Virus record (IMG/VR): IMGVR_UViG_3300020203_000013
Span: 1 to 64,000 of that record
DNA: 64,000 nt
Reading direction: 5' to 3' (one strand)
DNA from: a virus
A program made the position numbers and the translations under genes. The notes beneath the pieces were generated by a model. It saw only the letters and a list, made by a program, of their open reading frames with translations. It did not search any database and was not told the origin of the DNA. Positions 1 through 8,788 of the stretch are shown piece after piece. Positions within the stretch are counted from its first letter, which is position 1. Each line of letters starts with the position of its first letter.

Positions 1-1
1 A

Positions 2-157
2 CGATCTATCTACTGGAGAGTATCCTGACGCACCAGTAACTACTCTCTTCTTTCCTGTTAAAGTATTAATTTGATAACAGTTAACTCCTTTTATGTGATG
101 AGTTCTCCAAAATAATACACTAAAAATTGATGCGAATATGTATTTAAAAAATTTCAT
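2..157 (-). CDS. Hypothetical protein, truncated by window start (MKFFKYIFASIFSVLFW...)
   Basis: ATG at 157 just after the rtcB stop; frame stays open to the window edge; not in the ORF track. Confidence 0.55.
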   Translation of the reverse strand, partial: MKFFKYIFASIFSVLFWRTHHIKGVNCYQINTLTGKKRVVTGASGYSPVDRS

Positions 158-160
158 TAT

Positions 161-1642
161 TTATTTTCCTTTAATTACTAACAGTGGTTTTAATTTAGCT
201 ACTTTTTTTGCTAGTCCAGCAATTTCTACAGAATTAATAACCTGATCAAAAGGCTTATAAGAAAAGCTGGACTCATCAATGGGATAATCTGTCCCCTGGA
301 ATATTATATCTGCATCATTCATGTCCTTGTTAACTTGCTCTTGGGAGAAGGATTTAGTGGCTGCGGTACGGGACATGATCCTCCCAGCTCCGTGATTAAT
401 GCTGTATGCAGTCTTGACTGCATTTTCTAATCCCACCATCACATAAGATCCATCTTTGGCATTTCCAGGTAATAGAATTGGGTGTCCAGTTTCATAAAAT
501 GGGGTATTCTTCAGGGAGAAGTGTTTGGCTGGATATGCCCTGGTTGCACCTTTCCTTAATACCCAAAGCTTTCTATTATCTATAATTTCTTGTCTACCTA
601 TGTTATGGCTAATGTGGTATATAAACTCACCCGTAACTCCAGGAATGACTTCCTTAATGGAGTCCAATAGTAGTTTGTTAACATATAGATGATTCATTAT
701 TGCAAAATTTGCGGCGAGTTGCATGTCTAGAATATAATCCTTAGCTTCTTGAGAATCTAAAGGAGCAAATACTAGTTCCTTATCTCCAGCTGGGTATTCT
801 TGATGCCAGGTTTTAAACCTCTCTTGTAGTCTATGAAAGTTATCGGTTGCTAAAGAGTTCCCAAAACCTCTAGAACCAAAATGGGAAAGTATTGCAGTCT
901 TGCCCTCTTTAAGTCCAAAAGCGTCGAATTCAGGCGAGTCACTTACTTTTTGAACTTCGGCCATTTCTACAAAATGATTTCCGCCACCGATTGAACCCAG
1001 CTGCCTTAATTTACTGTGTAAGGTATGTTTAAAGGTATTTTCTGATAACCAGTTATACCTGGACATAAGAAAGTCCCTCCTGTTCCCATGAGAAGAGTCC
1101 TCACACCTGTCTATCCATTCTGCTGGGATTCCTAAAGTCTTTAAGGTGAACTGATTAGCACCAGCTTGAATAGCACCTATAACGTGACTCCTAAACTCTT
1201 GATCTTCTATTAAACTTCTTGAAATAGGATTTTCTCCATCTAATCCTACTCTCTTTAATATCTCAGTAATAATCCGTCTTCTAAGCTTTTTATCTTTTAA
1301 CTCTGATGCTGGAACATCTAATTGTAACAAGGACATTGAGCAGTTAACATCAACCCCTGCTGGGGCTGGATAAATAGTCCCATCAGTAACCATTACACTT
1401 CCTACTGGAACCCCATATCCAACATGTGCATCTGGATTTAAGATTAACTCCTTCACTCCTGGGGCATTACGGGAGTTTAAAGCCTGCTGAATACACTGGT
1501 CTTCTAAACCACTCACAATGAACTCATTACCTATAATTGTGATAGGTTTACCAGCCTTACCGTGATCGAGATAAGAGATTCCAGGCTGAGAAGACGGTAT
1601 AATTTTATTTTTCATAAAAGTGCTATTTAGAGCATTAAACAT
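161..1642 (-). CDS. rtcB: RtcB-family RNA ligase (3'-phosphate/5'-OH); true start may be ATG at 1615
   Basis: Motifs PDAHxGYGxPVG, GVDVNC, GSIGGGNHFVE, HFGSRG, HN, RKGAT, SINHGAGR. Confidence 0.93.
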   Translation of the reverse strand: MFNALNSTFMKNKIIPSSQPGISYLDHGKAGKPITIIGNEFIVSGLEDQCIQQALNSRNAPGVKELILNPDAHVGYGVPVGSVMVTDGTIYPAPAGVDVNCSMSLLQLDVPASELKDKKLRRRIITEILKRVGLDGENPISRSLIEDQEFRSHVIGAIQAGANQFTLKTLGIPAEWIDRCEDSSHGNRRDFLMSRYNWLSENTFKHTLHSKLRQLGSIGGGNHFVEMAEVQKVSDSPEFDAFGLKEGKTAILSHFGSRGFGNSLATDNFHRLQERFKTWHQEYPAGDKELVFAPLDSQEAKDYILDMQLAANFAIMNHLYVNKLLLDSIKEVIPGVTGEFIYHISHNIGRQEIIDNRKLWVLRKGATRAYPAKHFSLKNTPFYETGHPILLPGNAKDGSYVMVGLENAVKTAYSINHGAGRIMSRTAATKSFSQEQVNKDMNDADIIFQGTDYPIDESSFSYKPFDQVINSVEIAGLAKKVAKLKPLLVIKGK

Positions 1643-1747
1643 CAGAAAGCTTACTCTACTATGCTAATTAGAACACTTATAGTAATACCTCCAAGCTAAC
1701 TTGGCCTGTTTTACTACAAATTTGCTTCCCCTCTAGCAGTAGTATCA

Positions 1748-1775
1748 GTATCGTCAATAAACCTATAAAACTTTA
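1748..1775 (-). promoter_or_regulatory. sigma28 (FliA)-like promoter upstream of rtcB
   Basis: Minus strand TAAAGTTT-N12-GACGATAC vs consensus TAAAGTTT-N11-GCCGATAA. Confidence 0.6.
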
Positions 1776-1778
1776 GGT

Positions 1779-1979
1779 TTATTTCTCATAGAAGTTTTCT
1801 TCAACCCAGCTTATAGAATACCAATCTACTAAATTGATGTCAAACTTTAATAGGTATTTTTGGATATTTAAGTCTATATGTATCAACTCTACTGGGGAGT
1901 CTTCTGGTAGTTCAAAGCTAGTGATACCACATAGATATCTTTTACCTTTTTTAGAGTGTAAAGTCTTAAGTGTTACCAT
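1779..1979 (-). CDS. Hypothetical protein
   Basis: 66-aa ORF tightly packed in operon. Confidence 0.55.
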   Translation of the reverse strand: MVTLKTLHSKKGKRYLCGITSFELPEDSPVELIHIDLNIQKYLLKFDINLVDWYSISWVEENFYEK

Positions 1980-2395
1980 AGGTTCTTCTTAATAGTACCT
2001 ATTTGCTCTTTAAGATCTTTTACTAGGTTATGCACCTTAAATGCTTTATTTGAAGCCGTGTCCCTCTCAGATTGTTTACCTGATACTCCCCATTGCCTGT
2101 CTCTAAGTCTGTCGCCTTCCCCTTTTAGATAAGAAGACACACTAGCCCTAATAGCTTGAGATAAAGGTAATTTACCTAGCAAGGGATCTATAACCGTTCT
2201 TAAGGTTTCTATGGAATCTTTCTGTTGAGCTAGTAGATCCTTATCCCTCTTCATACTTACTATTACTTTTTCATAAGCTATGTTAGTTTCTCTGCTTTTT
2301 TTATGGGCCTTCTTTAAGGAGTCCTTAGCGGCTAACAACTCCTGTCTCTTAACTGCCAGCTCCTCATGTAATTTTTTTCTGGTTAAGGTGCTCAT
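1973..2395 (-). CDS. Hypothetical coiled-coil protein
   Basis: 140 aa, helical K/E-rich, ATGA overlap with upstream gene. Confidence 0.65.
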   Translation of the reverse strand: MSTLTRKKLHEELAVKRQELLAAKDSLKKAHKKSRETNIAYEKVIVSMKRDKDLLAQQKDSIETLRTVIDPLLGKLPLSQAIRASVSSYLKGEGDRLRDRQWGVSGKQSERDTASNKAFKVHNLVKDLKEQIGTIKKNLW

Positions 2396-3294
2396 AGGAC
2401 TTTATCTATTATCTTTCTAACTTCTAGTAGAGCTTGTTTGTTTTTATCACCGCTAATATCCGTATTTAGTATATCAGATAGATCTCCAAAGTGCATTGCC
2501 AAACATTTCAATAATAGATTCTTTATTTCTTCTTCTCTAATCTCATAAGGAACTACTGTTGAATCTAGGTAGATTTGTTCTAACTGTTTCTCTTTAATAT
2601 TAAACCAATTTTTAATATCTTCGACTGTCCAATTTCCTGCTCTAATGTCTTTATACATCTCTTTATCCCTTTGAAGGTCTAAATTCCCTTCAGTGAGGAT
2701 CTGTTCAGCTTGGCATAGTAGTCTAACTGTATGATACGCAAATTTTGTGTCTAACCCTTTGGCCTTTATATCTTCTTTTCTTTTTGAGGATGTGGATTTC
2801 TTACCACTACTTAGGTTCGCCATCTGACTAAATGCGAACCCCTTACAGGTATGCCAGCACTTCTTGCTAAGAAATAGTTTTCTATTCTCCCTAATAATAG
2901 TACCTATAGAGGTTATATGAGTAATGCAGTTAGCTGGAACAAATAAGGCATCTAATATGTTGGGGTTTGCATTGGCGGCCAATCTGAAGAACTTGACTAT
3001 ATTGAATACGTTTATATCGTACTCTTTTTTATCTATCTGAATATTGTGCTTTTGATAAGAGTTAAAGGTTTTAAAGTCCTCATCAAAGCCATACATTACT
3101 CCACTGGTGTGAGGGAAAACTATAGTCTTATTTGGAATGCAAATTGCCTGTACGTCATGGTCGGCCTTATCTGGATCATTACATCCGTAAGCGGTAGATC
3201 CAGTAATGCACTCATAGTGAATATTATCCTCTATGAAGCTGGGTTGATCTATTAGGTGATCGTGCTTAATTAAACGGTTGACGATTCCTGACAT
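2392..3294 (-). CDS. Pol-beta-superfamily nucleotidyltransferase, RlaP/YcgL-like (RNA repair associated)
   Basis: GSxAYG...DHD catalytic motif, NPNILD, KxxYHxxRLL. Confidence 0.85.
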   Translation of the reverse strand: MSGIVNRLIKHDHLIDQPSFIEDNIHYECITGSTAYGCNDPDKADHDVQAICIPNKTIVFPHTSGVMYGFDEDFKTFNSYQKHNIQIDKKEYDINVFNIVKFFRLAANANPNILDALFVPANCITHITSIGTIIRENRKLFLSKKCWHTCKGFAFSQMANLSSGKKSTSSKRKEDIKAKGLDTKFAYHTVRLLCQAEQILTEGNLDLQRDKEMYKDIRAGNWTVEDIKNWFNIKEKQLEQIYLDSTVVPYEIREEEIKNLLLKCLAMHFGDLSDILNTDISGDKNKQALLEVRKIIDKVL

Positions 3295-3842
3295 TCTAAC
3301 TCCTTTTGTAGAACTTCTTTAAACTGAACCCAAATAGATTCATAAAAATTATTCAAGTCTCTATTAACGTTTGTATAGGTCTCAGGATAATCTCCGTTAT
3401 ATATGTAATCGAAGTTGGATAGATACATTACTTCTCTACAAAATGATTCAGTATTATTAAAACCCTCATCCACTAGGTTAGTAAATTCGTCCCAGAACTC
3501 TCTAGTCTTTTCTTTATTACCTCGTCCATCTCTTCTAAGTTTTAAAAGGTTCTCGTATATTCCTTTAACAGTTTTATCAAAATCAAATTCTCTTTCCAAG
3601 CCTTGACCAAGTTTACCTAAGAAGTAACTCTTATCTAGTGATAGAAGAAACTGTTTAAAGGTATCCGCTCCTATACTAGTCCAGATGTAGCCATAAGCTC
3701 CGTAGGAGGAATTAATTATAAGGCTTCCTCCACCTTCCCAGGGTTCCAGAACTATTCTTGCCCACTCACCCCTTATTTTTAAAGAGTATTGAGGAACATG
3801 CGAAAGCTTTGCTTCTAGTTTAGTATTCATTACTCCTCCCAC
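3270..3842 (-). CDS. Hypothetical phage protein
   Basis: 190-aa ORF (likely start MNTK at 3830, GGAG RBS). Confidence 0.7.
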   Translation of the reverse strand: MGGVMNTKLEAKLSHVPQYSLKIRGEWARIVLEPWEGGGSLIINSSYGAYGYIWTSIGADTFKQFLLSLDKSYFLGKLGQGLEREFDFDKTVKGIYENLLKLRRDGRGNKEKTREFWDEFTNLVDEGFNNTESFCREVMYLSNFDYIYNGDYPETYTNVNRDLNNFYESIWVQFKEVLQKELECQESSTV

Positions 3843-4057
3843 CCTATCTGCTTACTTAACCAAGGTTCCCACCCGCCCATGTCTTTGTGGAAGGTATCAA
3901 ATATAGTTTGCATTACAACAGATTGCTGTTCCCTTTCCTTTTCAAAATTAAGGTCGCTATATTTCAAGTCCGTTCCAGCACTAGGAAGGAATCTTAACCA
4001 CTTACCTAGCTGGACTTTATCTGCCTTTTTAACTTCTTCTAATGTTGGATATTTCAT
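3830..4057 (-). CDS. Hypothetical protein
   Basis: 75-aa ORF directly downstream of sigma28-like promoter. Confidence 0.65.
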   Translation of the reverse strand: MKYPTLEEVKKADKVQLGKWLRFLPSAGTDLKYSDLNFEKEREQQSVVMQTIFDTFHKDMGGWEPWLSKQIGWEE

Positions 4058-4101
4058 ATTAAGTATCTCATTCGGGTTAATTTGTAAACTTCATATTAAG
4101 T

Positions 4102-4129
4102 ATATCGGTCAGGTTAGTTGTAAACTTTA
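4102..4129 (-). promoter_or_regulatory. sigma28 (FliA)-like promoter
   Basis: Minus strand TAAAGTTT-N12-ACCGATAT in the 4058-4137 intergenic gap. Confidence 0.65.
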
Positions 4130-4137
4130 GATTAAAA

Positions 4138-5085
4138 TTACCAATCTACACCAAAAGATAAAAATCCAAACCCTCTTACAGGATCTTCTTGTTCTTTATA
4201 ATCTCTAGTTCTCATGTTATAGATAAATCTAAGTTCATAGTTGTTATATTGAGCCCCAAATCCGCTTTCCAGGCCTCCTATAAAGGGCTCCTTATCTACT
4301 GTGTGGGGAGATTCTGTAAAGATTCCGCCATCATAGTAAATGTTTCTAAGTCTCGCGGATACATAGGGAGTAGAGAATACAAATAGACTTAGTCTATCTC
4401 TTAATAGATTATTTAAAGTAGGTAGATTATAGCCCGCCCTGGCCCCATACGCAAGGGTTCCATCTGTTTGAATGTTGCCCAGTCTTGCCAGCTCAGTGCC
4501 TTGTAAAGCGAAGCCTAGAGACCCTCTGTTAAGTCTGAGATCCTCCCAGGTCTGTTCGTGATCTATATTAACTATAGGTTCCGTGGCTATCTGATTATCC
4601 CACCCATTAGGGCGCTCGTTGAGTCTTCCTATACTACTTAAAGCTCCGTGAACTCCTATTTGGGTTTGTGCTGCCAAGGATGGTCCTCCAGACGAGCCCA
4701 CTCTGATTGTGGTCGAGGTCTTACTCGTTGTAGTCATTATTAACTTCTTCAAGTTTAAAGTTAAGGTTCCAGCATAAGGATTTTCATTTTTTATAATTTC
4801 CTCGTCTTTAATGTTATCGGGAGTGTACATATCCTGTCTTAGGCCAATCAAGTACCTACTGCTTGTTTGGTTGGGATCTAAGTCAGTTGGGACTGGTATT
4901 AATTCAAATACCTTCTGCATTGCTGCTGGAAATTTTTCTGGAGAACCTGAGTAGTTTAATCCTGCACCGTTGGTAAAGTTACCATCGGTACCAGTAAATA
5001 CATCATTCTGAAGGTTAAAAGATACATTAGAGCACCCCTGAAGGAAGAAGCTAGTCAGAGCTATCGTTATTCTTATCCTTTTCAC
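4138..5085 (-). CDS. lpxR: Lipid A 3'-O-deacylase LpxR-family (DUF2219) outer-membrane beta-barrel
   Basis: Signal peptide; ND(x)..D..FTNG, QDMYTP, PYAG, GWDNQI motifs; C-terminal aromatic residue (VDW). Confidence 0.8.
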   Translation of the reverse strand: MKRIRITIALTSFFLQGCSNVSFNLQNDVFTGTDGNFTNGAGLNYSGSPEKFPAAMQKVFELIPVPTDLDPNQTSSRYLIGLRQDMYTPDNIKDEEIIKNENPYAGTLTLNLKKLIMTTTSKTSTTIRVGSSGGPSLAAQTQIGVHGALSSIGRLNERPNGWDNQIATEPIVNIDHEQTWEDLRLNRGSLGFALQGTELARLGNIQTDGTLAYGARAGYNLPTLNNLLRDRLSLFVFSTPYVSARLRNIYYDGGIFTESPHTVDKEPFIGGLESGFGAQYNNYELRFIYNMRTRDYKEQEDPVRGFGFLSFGVDW

Positions 5086-5323
5086 TTCTTTCTTGACTCT
5101 TTTTGGTTTTATCTTTTAAGGTGGTTTTTATATTAACGGTTAAATTATCTTCAAATGAAACTTTATCAAACTTTTTATTATAGAAGTTAGAGTAGTCTTT
5201 CCAAGATATAGATTCTAGAAAATCCTTTACTATCTGTTCTTTATCTACTACCTCAGGGTTATAAAAAAGAGCATACTCTAATTTTCCATCTATGTAAAAC
5301 TTTCTATGCTTACCTGTAATCAT
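5051..5323 (-). CDS. Hypothetical protein
   Basis: 90-aa ORF in operon. Confidence 0.55.
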   Translation of the reverse strand: MITGKHRKFYIDGKLEYALFYNPEVVDKEQIVKDFLESISWKDYSNFYNKKFDKVSFEDNLTVNIKTTLKDKTKKSQERSEKDKNNDSSD

Positions 5324-5324
5324 A

Positions 5325-5783
5325 TTACTTGGGCTCTACTAAATAGATGGTAAGATCTTTATTAGTTATTTTACTTAATCCTAGTATCATTTCGTCTTTA
5401 ACGTCTTCCCAGCTCAGTCCCCCTAGACCACAACCTAAGGCTGGAATAGCTATACTTTTTACAGAGTGACCATGATTTAGAAAAGGAACTAAATTTTTAA
5501 TACCCTGTTTTATCCAGATTAGTTTGGATGGATTTCTCCAATGATCCTTGGTCGCTAGGTGGTATATTATTTTTCCTGACTCTCTAGTCTCTAAAACAGT
5601 CCCTGGTTGCATGTATTTAAAATCACATTTTTCTTTATATGACTTATAAGAGTTAGGGAACTTTTTCTTAAACTCTAGAGCTAGTCCTTTACCCATAACT
5701 CCTACACAATTAACTGGGTTGACTAAAGCATCAGCATCTAATAAAAATATATTACTTTTTGTAGTCGTAATTATAAAGCCCAT
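5325..5783 (-). CDS. Macrodomain ADP-ribosyl hydrolase (Poa1p/DarG-like)
   Basis: NPVNCVGVMGKGLA, TKDHWR, IAIPALGCGLGGLSW. Confidence 0.9.
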   Translation of the reverse strand: MGFIITTTKSNIFLLDADALVNPVNCVGVMGKGLALEFKKKFPNSYKSYKEKCDFKYMQPGTVLETRESGKIIYHLATKDHWRNPSKLIWIKQGIKNLVPFLNHGHSVKSIAIPALGCGLGGLSWEDVKDEMILGLSKITNKDLTIYLVEPK

Positions 5784-5803
5784 GTTTTAAAGTACCCCTT
5801 AAT

Positions 5804-6142
5804 TTATGGACACACCTGATGGGACCCATCTACCATAGCTTGAGCCTCCATGCTTGCTAAGACTCTATTTAACTTTTTTGCACTAACTGATCCCGCTGGA
5901 ACTATCCTGTTTAGCATAGAGAACTTTTCTGGAAAAATACGTTTGCCCGCCTCGTAGGATACTGCATCATCTAGGGTGAATTTATACTTAGTATAATCTC
6001 CTCTAGAATGATCCTTTACTGTTTTTATATTGACCCAAAACTTATCACTGGTCCAAGGTTGCCACCCTTTAGCTTTAATAAGCTCTTCTTTAGTAGATTT
6101 AGACTGCTTGAGTATTAAGTTTAATAACTGATCTGTATACAT
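5804..6142 (-). CDS. Hypothetical protein
   Basis: 112-aa ORF. Confidence 0.6.
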   Translation of the reverse strand: MYTDQLLNLILKQSKSTKEELIKAKGWQPWTSDKFWVNIKTVKDHSRGDYTKYKFTLDDAVSYEAGKRIFPEKFSMLNRIVPAGSVSAKKLNRVLASMEAQAMVDGSHQVCP

Positions 6143-6143
6143 A

Positions 6144-6347
6144 CTAGTGAAAACAAAATATTAAGATTCCAATTATAACGGGTAATCCTATAGATATTGC
6201 AAAAACAATAAATCCATTTCTGTAGAACAGACGTGCATGTTCCTGGCAGTACAGCCAAGATTGCATATTCTCGGGCTGAGTTTCTGGGACTAGTTGAGTT
6301 ACTTTTTTGGTCCCTACTAGATTGCATCCTCTCTTTTCACAGGTCAT
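6144..6347 (-). CDS. Small membrane protein with Cys/His (CxxxxC...CxxH) motif
   Basis: C-terminal hydrophobic helix; ATGA overlap. Confidence 0.6.
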   Translation of the reverse strand: MTCEKRGCNLVGTKKVTQLVPETQPENMQSWLYCQEHARLFYRNGFIVFAISIGLPVIIGILIFCFH

Positions 6348-6724
6348 ATAAATCCTTTAAAAATGTTTCTTATTTGTTTAAAATTATTTAAAAACCCACT
6401 TGGAGTTGTCTGAGTTTTTACCAGATCCTCTGTGCTGGCTTTAAGCCTGTCTAAAGATTTTTCAAGTTCGGCTTGGAGTTTAAAAGGCTTTTCTTTCTGA
6501 AGTTTGGCCGTTTTCTCTGAAGGACTTCTAATTAAGTAATTATCTTTAAACCAAGCCTCAAAAGCTACTTCTTCTATTTCTGGATAGCACTCTGATTCGG
6601 GATCTTTGTCCTTATTATCCTCTAAGACCATGTCTATGTAATCATTAGTAATACCACACATAAAGGCATTATGTATTAATGACCTTTCTCTGTTAGTTAC
6701 AGCTGTTCTTTTAATTTTACTCAT
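6344..6724 (-). CDS. Hypothetical protein
   Basis: 126-aa ORF directly behind the best sigma28-like promoter. Confidence 0.65.
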   Translation of the reverse strand: MSKIKRTAVTNRERSLIHNAFMCGITNDYIDMVLEDNKDKDPESECYPEIEEVAFEAWFKDNYLIRSPSEKTAKLQKEKPFKLQAELEKSLDRLKASTEDLVKTQTTPSGFLNNFKQIRNIFKGFI

Positions 6725-6732
6725 ACAATACC

Positions 6733-6759
6733 TTATCGACTGATTAATTTAAAACTTTA
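6733..6759 (-). promoter_or_regulatory. Near-consensus sigma28 (FliA) promoter
   Basis: Minus strand TAAAGTTT-N11-GTCGATAA (one mismatch to TAAAGTTT-N11-GCCGATAA). Confidence 0.75.
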
Positions 6760-7401
6760 GATAAAATATGATGTTGCGGTTTTAGGATCAGCCACATGGT
6801 TCAAGAATTTATTTAATATAAAAGTCATTATAGGGTTCCTATATATTTTCCAAAGACGGTCAGATCTTTGCTTCCAGTTGGGTTTTCCATCTTTATATCT
6901 GTTCTTATGAAAGATACTAGTACTTATAAATGTATAAAATAATCCAGCACTTATGTACAACTTTAACCTATCAATAAAGGTCAAAGGAGTCAGTATGTAT
7001 GCCCTACTATAACAAAATATAACTTCTGGGTTTCTATGTACTTTAGAGTAATCTAAGACTTTACAGTTTTGTGGTATGTAAACAGTGTAAGGAAATTCAT
7101 AAATACTTTTATCTTCCAATGCCTTATTCAGTTCTTCTTCATCTTTACAGTTGTAGTAATTTAATACATCTTGTAAGTCTTGACCTTCTACTGAATCCCA
7201 ATAACCATCAGTGACTGAATTAAAGTAATGTACTTTTCCAGTAATTTTATTTCTACAGACTCCTGATAGAGGTCCGTCATAATACTTTAAATGCCAAAGT
7301 ATTTCTACATCTTTCCTATCAGTCTTTGGCAGTACTTTACCAGTTTCTTTTAGAATTGCTTCCTGTATTAACTCAAAGTCTTTTCTAAATAAAGGGTCCA
7401 T
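6757..7401 (-). CDS. Hypothetical protein
   Basis: 214 aa; YYDGPLSG motif near the N-terminus. Confidence 0.65.
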   Translation of the reverse strand: MDPLFRKDFELIQEAILKETGKVLPKTDRKDVEILWHLKYYDGPLSGVCRNKITGKVHYFNSVTDGYWDSVEGQDLQDVLNYYNCKDEEELNKALEDKSIYEFPYTVYIPQNCKVLDYSKVHRNPEVIFCYSRAYILTPLTFIDRLKLYISAGLFYTFISTSIFHKNRYKDGKPNWKQRSDRLWKIYRNPIMTFILNKFLNHVADPKTATSYFI

Positions 7402-7412
7402 AGGTTTTTAAT

Positions 7413-7625
7413 TTAACTTAATTTAACTATCTGAATTACTTTTTTATCTTTCAAGATAGCTACTTCATGTCCAGACTCTGAAGCAGTATTAAAGTGATCT
7501 AACAAGGCGATAGCTTTATTGACTACACTTACCTTATTTAGATTAAGTTTCTTGCCTAAGTTATTAGCTAAAGCTGTAACCTGGGGTGTAAGCTCTACCT
7601 TAAATGGATGTTCTTTTTTTGACAT
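7413..7625 (-). CDS. Ribbon-helix-helix (CopG-like) DNA-binding protein
   Basis: FKVEL beta strand followed by two helices (LANNLGKK, KVSVVNKAIALL). Confidence 0.6.
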   Translation of the reverse strand: MSKKEHPFKVELTPQVTALANNLGKKLNLNKVSVVNKAIALLDHFNTASESGHEVAILKDKKVIQIVKLS

Positions 7626-7626
7626 A

Positions 7627-8181
7627 TTATTTTAAATCCTTAGTAGATTCCATTAGCTGTTTAACATTTGCGGAGCAGAATCCATGTTGCCCTCTTTTAA
7701 TAAACTCTATAATTACTCCAGTAAACTTATTTGGTTTAGTGAATACCTGGTCTAATTCATCTTCTGGGCAGGTTAAGATGTCTTTAGTTGTAAATTCAGC
7801 CCACCCTTTAGTTTGCCATTCAACCATCTTAGCTCGTACATCTTCTACCTGGAAGGCACAATGGTGAAAGCCTCCTATTCCTCCTCTAGCCTGAACCCAG
7901 AGGTCTACGACTGACCCTGGTTCCCCTTCTGAGATAAAAATTTCAGGGGCCATATGATATTCATTTCCAGTTGGGAAACCATCTAGTACTTGCGGTAAGG
8001 CCCACTCAAAGGTTAAAGAGTTTACCTTTTCTGGAGGCTCCATAGCTGTACAGACGGCTTTAGTACCATCATCAAATACAACTTCAAACTCTTGTTGAAT
8101 TTTGTATCCAAAGGCTTCCATATAAAATTGAACTGCTTCTTGTCTATTAGGAACCCTAAGAGCTATATGGTCTAAACGCAT
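7627..8181 (-). CDS. VOC/glyoxalase-superfamily metalloenzyme resembling the catalytic C-terminal half of 4-hydroxyphenylpyruvate dioxygenase
   Basis: LDHIAL, GFHHCAFQVEDV, QVFTKP...IIEFIKR..GF...NV..LMES. Confidence 0.75.
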   Translation of the reverse strand: MRLDHIALRVPNRQEAVQFYMEAFGYKIQQEFEVVFDDGTKAVCTAMEPPEKVNSLTFEWALPQVLDGFPTGNEYHMAPEIFISEGEPGSVVDLWVQARGGIGGFHHCAFQVEDVRAKMVEWQTKGWAEFTTKDILTCPEDELDQVFTKPNKFTGVIIEFIKRGQHGFCSANVKQLMESTKDLK

Positions 8182-8444
8182 TAATGAACCTTTTTCTTCT
8201 TTTCATCTGATAAGACATCGGGAAAAGATTCCCTAAGTTTATCTTCCAGTTCTGGAAATATATCTTTTAAATAATCAAATGTGTCACTCTCTATTAAATT
8301 AGACAGCTCTCTTAACTTTGTTAGAATAGGTTTGGGCATTTCAGATGGTAGTTCTTTAGAACTTTTAAATAGAAAACTTTCTAGGTATATTCTAACAAAC
8401 TCAATAGTCTCTAAAATCTCTATTTCTTTTTCAGGTAAAGACAT
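8181..8444 (-). CDS. Hypothetical protein
   Basis: 87-aa ORF in operon. Confidence 0.55.
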   Translation of the reverse strand: MSLPEKEIEILETIEFVRIYLESFLFKSSKELPSEMPKPILTKLRELSNLIESDTFDYLKDIFPELEDKLRESFPDVLSDEKKKKVH

Positions 8445-8446
8445 GT

Positions 8447-8737
8447 TTATTCCTCTATGACTGCTAGTACATCCTCTTCGTGCATAATTAAAACCTTTTG
8501 AGTTCCATCATTAACTTCCGCGCCTGAGAATTTTGCAAACAGAATCTTGTCTCCTACTGACACCTTAACTGGTGCAATTTCTCCAGATTGTAATAACCTG
8601 CCCTCTCCAATAGCTAATACTAATCCTTTTTGTGGTTTTTCTTGAGCGTCTTTTACTAAAATGATTCCACCAGAAGACTTCTCGTCTGATTCATCTCTTT
8701 TAACTACAATTCTACCGTAAAGTGGTCTAAAACCCAT
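8447..8737 (-). CDS. groES: Co-chaperonin GroES
   Basis: RPLYGRIVV, SGGIIL, G.VLAIGEG, VSVGDKILF, EEDVLAVI; GGAG RBS. Confidence 0.96.
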   Translation of the reverse strand: MGFRPLYGRIVVKRDESDEKSSGGIILVKDAQEKPQKGLVLAIGEGRLLQSGEIAPVKVSVGDKILFAKFSGAEVNDGTQKVLIMHEEDVLAVIEE

Positions 8738-8759
8738 ATAAAATATCTCCTAAAAAATG

Positions 8760-8788
8760 ACTATACCAAATTAAATTAAAGATGTCTA
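8760..8788 (-). promoter_or_regulatory. sigma70-like promoter for the groES operon
   Basis: Minus strand TAGACA-N17-TATAGT with extended -10 TG. Confidence 0.55.
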
